From: an uncultured bacterium
GTDB taxonomy: Bacteria > B130-G9
Reading direction: 5' to 3'
DNA length: 58,222 nt
Assembly: GCA_965372715.1 (NCBI GenBank)
Contig: CBDVDH010000018.1
Location: forward strand, 1-58,222
The notes under the pieces were generated by a model, which worked only from the letters and a program-made list of their open reading frames with translations, was not told the origin of the DNA and ran no database searches. Of this stretch, positions 1 through 7,383 are shown in pieces. Both the position numbers and the translations under genes were made by a program. Each line of letters begins with the position of its first letter. Within the stretch, counting starts at the first letter, position 1.

Positions 1-24
1 CAGGCTGGAAAGCCCGCCCCACAC
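1..24 (-). repeat. REP-like palindrome (GTGGGG-type)
   Basis: Reverse complement GTGTGGGGCGGGCTTTCCAGCCTG matches 58085-58108 at 22/24 nt; imperfect internal palindrome. Confidence 0.65.
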
Positions 25-163
25 CGACGAGAGTCATGCCCTTGAATTATTCGGGTTGGGCAAACAGCTGATTTGCCGGTCTTGACATAGGAGCGGTTAT
101 GGCCAAAGCTTGCCATGTGCTGAACACGCTGAAGTGTTGATATGTTTTGATAATACTCTGCGC

Positions 164-261
164 GGAGGCGGATAGGTCCTGGTGGGCCTTCTGGACTTCA
201 AATCCAGCAAGGGGCGGCAGAAACCGTCTCTGGTGGGTTCGATTCCCACACGCTTCCGCCA
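164..261 (+). tRNA. selC: tRNA-Sec (anticodon UCA)
   Basis: 6-bp D stem with 4-nt UGGU loop; CTGGA-CTTCAAA-TCCAG anticodon arm (TCA at 198-200); long variable arm; GTGGG-TTCGATT-CCCAC T arm; extended acceptor stem; G discriminator and encoded CCA. Confidence 0.97.
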
Positions 262-269
262 TTTTTCAA

Positions 270-380
270 GGGGCGAAATGGGCAAAAGGGGAAAAGGCGA
301 AAGGGAGATGGAGCCTCGGTTGCGCACAGCGCGTCGCCCGCGCGTTATCGAGCGGAAGATGCTCCCTTTGGCCCACTTTT
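270..380. repeat. Purine-rich degenerate short tandem repeat with a downstream complementary arm
   Basis: Units like GGCAAAAG/GGGAAAAG/GCGAAAG at 270-311; partly complementary CTCCCTTTGGCCCACTTT at ~362-379; a related tract lies on the - strand at 49308-49349. Confidence 0.45.
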
Positions 381-427
381 AACGGCTGCTTTCGGGTCCT
401 TGGAAGCAATCGATGGTGAGTTAGGCG

Positions 428-2125
428 ATGTATCTGAACTTCTTTAACCTTGACGAGCTCCCGTTCAATCTCACGCCTGATCCCAAGTTCTTTTTCAAGA
501 GCAAGGGTCATCAAGAGGCGGTTGAGCACCTGGAGTTTGGGATTCATCAGCGCCAGGGCTTCGTCGTAATCACGGGCGAGGTCGGCACGGGTAAGACCAC
601 GGTCTGTCGGGCGCTGCTTTCCAGGCTTGACGCCGAAAAGGTCAAGACCGCGCTTATTCTCAACCCGATGCTCTCCCCGCTGGAGCTCCTTCAGGCGATA
701 AACGAGGACCTCGGCCTCGAATACGAGGACAACAGCCGCAAGCGCCTCACCAAGATTCTGAATGAATACCTGATCGAGCAATTCAAGAAGGGCTGCAACG
801 TTGTAGTTATTATTGACGAGGCCCAGAACCTGTCGGACGAGGCGCTTGAACAGATACGGCTTCTGTCCAATCTTGAGACTTCTAAGGACAAGTTGATCCA
901 GATAATCCTGCTTGGTCAGCCCGAACTTGCGAAGACGTTCTCGCGTTCAGCCATGGCGCCGCTGGCACAACGTATTGCCGTGCGATACCATTTGGGTCCG
1001 CTGGATTTCGCGCAGAGCTGGCAATATATCGCTCATCGGATGCAGGTAGCGGGGTGCTACGAGCCCGTGTTCACAAAAAAAGCGCTCAAGAGAGTGTTCC
1101 GCTATTCGGGCGGCATTCCGCGCAAGATCAACCTTCTTTGCGATAAGGCCTTGCTTTGCGCGTATGCCGTGGACGAGATGCAGGCAGGAACGGCTCACGT
1201 GAGAAGCGCGCTCTCGGAGACCGGTCAATCGGTCGGCGGAGGTTTCACAGGTTTCAAACGCGTCCTCTATGTGGCAGGCGCCGTCGTGTTGGTCTTTCTT
1301 GCGGCGTGGTATATTACAGCGAACTGGTTTAGTCCGAAGGCCGGGCGGCGTGAGTCTCCTCAGGCGCAGGCGGTAGTAACTGACGCGAGGGTTCAGGCCG
1401 CCGCTGAGGACAGTCCCGCACCCGCGTCCAATCGAAATGTCGGGCGCACGGCCACTGGCTTTGATGAAAACGGGATATACAGAGTTGAGGCGGATAGCCT
1501 CGCTTCTTTGGGCGCGGTTGTCACTTTGCTGCGGCTTTGGGGTCAGGATGTCGATGGCCTTTTGTCGAGTGAGGCGTCTGGTTCTCCTGGGGGCGTTGCT
1601 GACGTCTGGGCGATGATTGGGCGCTCAGGTTTCAGGATTGAGTCGAGGCGCGCGAGAATCGGCTCCTTGAAGCTTCTGGACGTGCCCTGTCTGATACAGC
1701 TGAGGCAGGGCGACCAGACCTCTCCCAGGTATTGCGCAGTTGTGGGGCTTGAGGGGGACGTTTTCAAGATAGCGGACTCGACTTCTGGGCTTTTAAGCCT
1801 TCAGGAAACGGATATTGACAAGCGTTGGACACGAAGGGCAATATACATCTTGCCGGACTTGGCTGGTCTCGGGCGAACGTTGCGAGTAGGCAGCAGGGAA
1901 CAGGATGTTGTTGCCTTTCGGGCGAGGCTTTTCAATTTGGGTCTCCTTGGCGAGTCCAAGAGCGACAGATTCGATGCCAAGTGCGCCCGGGCCGTGCGCG
2001 AGTTCCAGCTTCTGAGTGGGCTTGTGCCCGATGGAATCGCTGGATGGCGGACGATGGTGGCGCTCACTAGAGAGACTATGGCAAGCAAGGCGCCCAGACT
2101 TAGCACCTGGTCGCCACAGAGATAA
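428..2125 (+). CDS. ExeA/GspA-family AAA ATPase with TM helix and C-terminal peptidoglycan-binding domain
   Basis: MYLNFFNL..PF...PDP N-terminus, Walker A GEVGTGKT, Walker B IIDEAQNL, ILLGQPEL, SGGIPRKINLLCD, TM segment, C-terminal AVREFQ...GLVPDGIAG PG-binding motif. Confidence 0.9.
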   Translation: MYLNFFNLDELPFNLTPDPKFFFKSKGHQEAVEHLEFGIHQRQGFVVITGEVGTGKTTVCRALLSRLDAEKVKTALILNPMLSPLELLQAINEDLGLEYEDNSRKRLTKILNEYLIEQFKKGCNVVVIIDEAQNLSDEALEQIRLLSNLETSKDKLIQIILLGQPELAKTFSRSAMAPLAQRIAVRYHLGPLDFAQSWQYIAHRMQVAGCYEPVFTKKALKRVFRYSGGIPRKINLLCDKALLCAYAVDEMQAGTAHVRSALSETGQSVGGGFTGFKRVLYVAGAVVLVFLAAWYITANWFSPKAGRRESPQAQAVVTDARVQAAAEDSPAPASNRNVGRTATGFDENGIYRVEADSLASLGAVVTLLRLWGQDVDGLLSSEASGSPGGVADVWAMIGRSGFRIESRRARIGSLKLLDVPCLIQLRQGDQTSPRYCAVVGLEGDVFKIADSTSGLLSLQETDIDKRWTRRAIYILPDLAGLGRTLRVGSREQDVVAFRARLFNLGLLGESKSDRFDAKCARAVREFQLLSGLVPDGIAGWRTMVALTRETMASKAPRLSTWSPQR

Positions 2126-2137
2126 GAGAGTGAGGAA

Positions 2138-3352
2138 TTGAGCATTATTCACGATGCGTTGAAGCGCGCGGAGAGCGAGAAAAGGCCTCGTGGCAGCTCG
2201 CTGGCTTCCCAGAGATACGCGCCCGGGCAAAGCGGCGCCAAACGGCAGTTGTGGCAGGTTTTCGTCTCGATAGGCGCGCTCTGCCTCGGCTTTGCCGCGT
2301 TGGTTGCGGCCATTTCGCTTCTAGTTCTCCCGAGGGGGGGTTCATCCAAGCCAGAGGCGGGGACGAGGGTGGGCGATGTGGTTGCCGCAGAGAGCACGGC
2401 GCCGTCCCAGGCCGCGGGCATGCGCCCGCCGAGAACGAGGTGGGATGCGTCCGGGAAGGAGAGGGAAACCTTGGTAGCGCCGGGCCTAGTGGCTGCTCGC
2501 CAGCCAGCGCCAGAATCCCGTAAAACTGAACCGACTTTGCCGGGGGTCGATGCAAACGAGCCGGAAGATGGCGCCAAATCGCTTTCCATTTCGATGTCGC
2601 AGGATGAACTGGTAGTATCGAAGAGCGAACCGGCAAAACCTCGCGCGAAAGGGAAGATCGACATTCGGTCTGTTGGGCGTGTTAAGACTAAGCTTGAGCT
2701 TAGTCGAGAAAGGCAGGCGCGGTGCCTTTCGCACCTGGGCGAGGCCCAACGATTGGCCAACAACGGAAAGAACGAACTTGCCCGCGAGCAGTTTGAGAAG
2801 GCCCTCGCAACTGAACCGGAGAATGAGCTGGCGCTTTTGGGCTTTGGCAGTTTCTTGCTGGGCACAAATAGGCCGGTCTTGGCAGAGAGGTATCTCCGGC
2901 GAGGCATCGCGGTCGAGAGGGCCACAAAGGAGATTAGGAGTCTATTGGCCGCGAATCTTGGCTTGAGTCTCTTCGAGCAAGGTCTATTCGAGGACGCGGT
3001 GAAAGCCTATCAGGCTGCGATTGCGATCAATGACGGGAATCTTAACGCCTATAACAATCTGGCGATAGCGTATAAGAGGCTTGGAAAAAAAGAGCTTGCG
3101 AAGCGCACTTTTTCGCGGCTTCTCGTCGTAGAGACCAAGTCCCCGATGGCCTACTATGGCCTCGGTATGCTGAATGATGAGGATGGCAAGCTTGACGAGG
3201 CGATATTCCATTACTCTCGTTTTCTCGTTCTCGCCGGACGACACTATGATGATCTGCAAGAGAGTGTCAAGAAGAGGGTTGACGCTCTGAAGGCGAAGAG
3301 AGAGAGTAAGAAGAAGCGGAAGTTCGTTCGTAAGGAGCGCTACATCCCTTAG
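2138..3352 (+). CDS. ExeB/GspB-like membrane-anchored TPR protein
   Basis: N-terminal MSIIHDALKRAESE resembles the GspB-type MSxIxDALKK motif; one TM helix, low-complexity linker, several TPRs (e.g. AYNNLAIAYKRLG); directly downstream of the exeA-like gene. Confidence 0.75.
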   Translation: MSIIHDALKRAESEKRPRGSSLASQRYAPGQSGAKRQLWQVFVSIGALCLGFAALVAAISLLVLPRGGSSKPEAGTRVGDVVAAESTAPSQAAGMRPPRTRWDASGKERETLVAPGLVAARQPAPESRKTEPTLPGVDANEPEDGAKSLSISMSQDELVVSKSEPAKPRAKGKIDIRSVGRVKTKLELSRERQARCLSHLGEAQRLANNGKNELAREQFEKALATEPENELALLGFGSFLLGTNRPVLAERYLRRGIAVERATKEIRSLLAANLGLSLFEQGLFEDAVKAYQAAIAINDGNLNAYNNLAIAYKRLGKKELAKRTFSRLLVVETKSPMAYYGLGMLNDEDGKLDEAIFHYSRFLVLAGRHYDDLQESVKKRVDALKAKRESKKKRKFVRKERYIP

Positions 3353-3432
3353 GCTGGGACGCGATGCTTGCGTTCTTCCCGACGCCTGGCGAGGGAAGAA
3401 ACTCGGACGTGTGTCCTATTTGATTTTCCGCC

Positions 3433-3461
3433 TTGACGCCCGGGCGTTGAAACACTATTAG
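3433..3461 (+). promoter_or_regulatory. Possible sigma70 promoter for pheS
   Basis: TTGACG-17 nt-TATTAG upstream of pheS; weak -10. Confidence 0.3.
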
Positions 3462-3480
3462 CGGCACGGGAGCGAAACAG

Positions 3481-4494
3481 ATGATTGAGGAAATAGGCAG
3501 GATCGCAGAAGAGTCGCGGGAACAGTTTGCCTCGGTCCTCGGCGCGGAGGGGCTTGAGAAGCTCAGGATCAAATACCTCGGCAAGCGAGGCCTTTTCACG
3601 TCGTTTTTGAAGAAGATCGGCTCGCTGGATAGCGAGCTTCGCCCTGCCGCTGGGAAGGCGGTCAACGAGGCGAGGAGGGTGGTTGCCTCTTTCTTCGACG
3701 AAGCCAAACATCGTCTCGAGTCGGCCGGGGCAGCAGAGGACGTTTCTCGCTCCTTTGATTATACTCTTGTGTCGTATCCGTTTGCGAAGGGATTCCTGCA
3801 TCCATGCACGCAAGTGATGGACGAGATAATCGACATATTTGTGGAGATGGGCTTCCGGGTTGAGCTCGGCCCTGAGGTTGAACTGGAGTACTACAATTTC
3901 GAGGCGCTGAACACTCCCAGGGACCATCCTGCTCGCGACCTTCACGATACGTTCTACATATCCGGCGATGTGTTGCTTCGGACCCACACATCCCCGGTTC
4001 AGGTGAGGGTGATGGAGAAGATCGATCCGCCGGTGCAGATGATCTCGCCCGGGGCGGCTTATAGGCGCGACGCCGACGTCACTCACCTGCCGATGTTCTC
4101 CCAGGTCGAGGGTCTCCTGGTCGATCGCGGCGTAACGTTTGGGCATCTGAAAGGCGTCCTGATGGAGTTTGCGCGGCAGATGTTCGGCGAAGACCGCCGA
4201 ACGAGATTCAGGCCGCATTTCTTCCCGTTTACCGAGCCGAGCGCCGAGATGGACATCAGCTGTGGCGTGTGTGGCGGCAAAGGTTGTCGGGCCTGCAAGG
4301 GCAGTGGGTGGCTTGAGATACTAGGCTGTGGGATGGTACACCCTCACGTTCTAGAAATGGTGCACTACGATACCGAGGAGTTTACCGGCTTTGCCTTCGG
4401 AATGGGCGTTGAGCGCATCACGATGCTCAAGTTCGACATCGATGACATCAGGCTCTTTCTCGAGAACGATCTCCGCTTCCTGAAGCAGTTCTAG
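3481..4494 (+). CDS. pheS: Phenylalanine-tRNA ligase alpha subunit
   Basis: NFEALN...HPARD, LLRTHTSPVQ, FRPHFFPFTEPSAE, GWLEILGCGMVHP, GFAFGMGVER, ENDLRFLKQF. Confidence 0.98.
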   Translation: MIEEIGRIAEESREQFASVLGAEGLEKLRIKYLGKRGLFTSFLKKIGSLDSELRPAAGKAVNEARRVVASFFDEAKHRLESAGAAEDVSRSFDYTLVSYPFAKGFLHPCTQVMDEIIDIFVEMGFRVELGPEVELEYYNFEALNTPRDHPARDLHDTFYISGDVLLRTHTSPVQVRVMEKIDPPVQMISPGAAYRRDADVTHLPMFSQVEGLLVDRGVTFGHLKGVLMEFARQMFGEDRRTRFRPHFFPFTEPSAEMDISCGVCGGKGCRACKGSGWLEILGCGMVHPHVLEMVHYDTEEFTGFAFGMGVERITMLKFDIDDIRLFLENDLRFLKQF

Positions 4495-4623
4495 AGCGAC
4501 CGCCCGGCTTAGAGGTTGTCCCATAGGTCAGCTCGAACCTGTTCAAAGTGGCTTGTGGAGGCTGGGACTAAAATTCCATCGAGGTGGTCGTTGTTGTTCA
4601 TTTGCACGATGGTCATCTATCAT

Positions 4624-4797
4624 TACACTCGCCCTCTCATCGGCCGCAAGGTCTGGGCAGGGCATTGGAATAAACAACTTCGTGGCTTGATCCGATATGT
4701 ATCACGTCGCTCTGCCACTACAAGGGCGTGGGAAGCGTGGGGCTTTCGCCATCGAGCGCGCGTCAATTCAGTTGAAAACGCGATGAGGGGTAGTGTA
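4624..4797 (+). ncRNA. Putative structured RNA/element between pheS and pheT (unassigned)
   Basis: By-eye pairing: closing helix 4624-4642/4781-4797, GCAA-capped hairpin 4643-4652, helix 4656-4663/4709-4716, further hairpins ~4725-4750 and ~4761-4780. Confidence 0.3.
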
Positions 4798-4933
4798 TTA
4801 TCTTGCTTACTCTACAATATGTTGGGGAGAAGCTGGGCTGGGCTCAAGGTCAACGCTGGCAGAAGAGGCGCGAGCGTTCGGGCGCGGATGGGGCTTCAGA
4901 AGATATTGTGAAGACCGTGGGGATGGGTAACAG

Positions 4934-7066
4934 TTGAAGGTTACGGTATCATGGCTCCGGGAGTTTGTGGACTTCGATCTCGGTGTGGAGGAGCTTTGCC
5001 GAGGGCTGACTTTTCTTGGCCAGGAGGTTGAGAGCGCGTATCCTGAACGGGACGCGCCAGATGGCCAGCAGCTGCTTGAGCTTTCTCAGCAGGAGGGTTT
5101 TGAGCTTGACGACACTGTGCTCGACCTTGAGATCACGCCCAACCGCCCGGATTGTCTGAGCGTTGTTGGAATTGCTCGAGAAATCTCCCTTCTGGTTGGC
5201 CAGCCGTTGCGGACCACGAAGGTAGAGCTTAGGGAGGCCGGCCGAGGTGTTGAGACGGCGGCGGAGCTTGAGGTTTCTGAAACCGAGGCTTGCCCGCGAT
5301 ACATAGGGCGAGTGGTAACCGGCATAACGGTTCGTGAATCGCCGGTGTGGCTTAAGAGGCGGCTGCTTGCGGTAGGTCTTCGCCCCATCAACGCCATTGT
5401 TGACCTGTCCAATTACATCATGCTTGAGACCGGCCAGCCCACTCACTGCTTCGATCTTGACAAGCTCTCCGACAAGACGGTTGTTGTCCGGTTTGCTCGG
5501 GGAGGCGAGCGGCTTGTGACTTTGGACGAGGAAGAGCGAGAGCTTATTGCCGACACGCTCGTGATCGCTGACTCGCAGAAGCCGGTCGCGATCGCCGGGG
5601 TCATGGGAGGGCTTGATAGCTCGATTAGCGCATCTACTGTCAGTGTCTTCCTTGAGAGCGCTTATTTTGACCCACCGCTTATCAGGAGAGCCTCGAGACG
5701 CCTCGGCCTGTCAACGGGCTCATCGTATCGTTTCGAGCGTGGGGCCGACATCTGCGCGTTAGAGCAGGTAAGCCGGAGGGCAGCGTCTCAGATTGCCGAG
5801 CTTTGTGGCGGAAGCATCCTGGCAGGCTCGCTTGAATCCTATCCGGTTGCTTATCGGGCCAGGTCCCTGCGGCTTCGGCCCGAGCGGGTGAATCGTCTTC
5901 TTGGGACGAGGATTTCTTCTCATGCGATGGAGAAGATTCTGCTGTCGTTCGGATTCGCTATTGGAAGGGATATCGAGGAGGAAGAGGCTGACTCGATGTG
6001 GGTTGAGGCGCCATCCTTTAGGCCGGATGTGAGGCGCGAGGAGGACCTGGCTGAGGAGATCGCCAGAGCTTACGGATATGACAGAATACCTCCCGAGCTT
6101 CCGAGGGCCGGACTCTCGACTGGAAGGCTTGGCCCAGATGTCAAGTTACAGCGAAAGGTCAAGGATATACTCAAGGGTATCGGGTTATGCGAGGCGTGGA
6201 CGCTCAGCCTTGTAGGTGACGAGCTCATGGACAGATGCCGGGTCCCCGAGGGCGATCCGCTAAGAGCGGGGGTGCGGCTGATCAACCCGCTCAGCCGTGA
6301 TCAGGACACGTTGAGGACCTTTGTGTTGCCCTGCCTTTTGAGTTCTGCGTCTCACAGCGCGCGGCATAAGGAGTTGGACCGATGGCTGTTTGGCCTCGGC
6401 AACGTATTCATCGATGGTGGGGAAGAGAGGCCTGAAGAGAAGACGCGCTTGTGCATTGTCGGGTGCGGCGATCCGCTACCGGCCAACTGGGCGAGGCAGG
6501 AAGGGAAGGCGAGTTTCTATCATATCAAAGGAATCGTTGAGAGAGCATTCGACGGCCTGAATCTGCCGGCGCCCGCGATTGAGCCGCGCGAACTTCCGTT
6601 TGCGGCGCCGAACGAGGGCTTTGGATTGCGGCTCGGTTCAAGACCAATTGGCTTTTTGGGCAAACTCCATCCTGAAGTCTCGCAATCGTTTGACCTGCCG
6701 GATGATTGCTACTTTGCAGAGGTTGAGCTTGGCAATCTGCAAGAGATGATGACGCATGCTCGGGGATACGAGCAGTATTCATTGTTTCCAGCGGTGATCT
6801 TGGACCTCGCAATTACGCTTAAAAAGGGGACGCAGCACAGCGAGGTGGAGGCGATAATGCGGGAGATTGGCGGCGATTTGATAGAGAATATCGCGTTGTT
6901 TGACCGCTACGAGGGGAAGCAGATCCCCTCGGACAGGATTGGTCTCGCCTATTCGATCACATATCGAGCAAAGGATAGAACTCTAACAGTGCCGGAAGCC
7001 TTTGAGCGACATGAACAGATTATCAATAGTCTATCGAAGCGACTTGACGCGGAGTTGCGTCAATGA
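4934..7066 (+). CDS. pheT: Phenylalanine-tRNA ligase beta subunit (short form lacking the B2 OB-fold)
   Basis: SWLREFV, LEITPNRPDCLS, B3/4 (GQPTHCFD, SYRFERG), B5 (PSFRPDVRREEDLAEEIAR), C-terminal FDX-ACB (LFDRYEG...YRAKDRTL); TTG start. Confidence 0.97.
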   Translation: MKVTVSWLREFVDFDLGVEELCRGLTFLGQEVESAYPERDAPDGQQLLELSQQEGFELDDTVLDLEITPNRPDCLSVVGIAREISLLVGQPLRTTKVELREAGRGVETAAELEVSETEACPRYIGRVVTGITVRESPVWLKRRLLAVGLRPINAIVDLSNYIMLETGQPTHCFDLDKLSDKTVVVRFARGGERLVTLDEEERELIADTLVIADSQKPVAIAGVMGGLDSSISASTVSVFLESAYFDPPLIRRASRRLGLSTGSSYRFERGADICALEQVSRRAASQIAELCGGSILAGSLESYPVAYRARSLRLRPERVNRLLGTRISSHAMEKILLSFGFAIGRDIEEEEADSMWVEAPSFRPDVRREEDLAEEIARAYGYDRIPPELPRAGLSTGRLGPDVKLQRKVKDILKGIGLCEAWTLSLVGDELMDRCRVPEGDPLRAGVRLINPLSRDQDTLRTFVLPCLLSSASHSARHKELDRWLFGLGNVFIDGGEERPEEKTRLCIVGCGDPLPANWARQEGKASFYHIKGIVERAFDGLNLPAPAIEPRELPFAAPNEGFGLRLGSRPIGFLGKLHPEVSQSFDLPDDCYFAEVELGNLQEMMTHARGYEQYSLFPAVILDLAITLKKGTQHSEVEAIMREIGGDLIENIALFDRYEGKQIPSDRIGLAYSITYRAKDRTLTVPEAFERHEQIINSLSKRLDAELRQ

Positions 7067-7139
7067 AGCGTATCTCGCGCGGAGCGGTTTTGATTTCAAG
7101 GCTCAGACTGAGCTGACGAGAGGCTCTGGGGAAAAATCC

Positions 7140-7168
7140 TTGACAGAGCATACTTTGGTGCATAGTAT
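7140..7168 (+). promoter_or_regulatory. sigma70-type promoter upstream of the giant-gene cluster
   Basis: TTGACA-17 nt-TAGTAT. Confidence 0.6.
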
Positions 7169-7225
7169 TCTGAGCGATAGAGATACTTTGGGGAACCTGC
7201 ATGTTTGGCTGGTTTTGCCCAACAG

Positions 7226-7270
7226 AAGCCGCTTAACAGCGGCTTATTGTGTGCATTCTTGTGTTTTTTG
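7226..7270 (+). terminator. Hairpin in the leader of the giant-gene cluster (possible terminator/attenuator)
   Basis: Perfect 8-bp stem AAGCCGCT-TAAC-AGCGGCTT followed by a T-rich tract. Confidence 0.45.
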
Positions 7271-7383
7271 TTGACATAGGGTCACAAAGGTTGCTGTCTG
7301 CAAGATCTGAGAATTCAACTTCCTTTTTGAATACAAGTAAGGCTTTGGCTTCGCCTCAGAAGCTCAAGATAGGAGAATATGGG

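Noticed and set aside
4510-4530. IS/MITE-like end TAGAGGTTGTCCCATAGGTC, similar to TAGAGGCTGGGTCATAAGTC near 58133
   Set aside because: Match is partial, and no inverted partner or transposase was found.
4516-4911. 131-aa ORF between pheS and pheT
   Set aside because: TTG start, no recognisable motif, composition unlike neighbouring genes; likely spurious.
7249-7383. N-terminal extension of giant gene 1 in the ORF track
   Set aside because: RBS and signal peptide point to ATG 7384.
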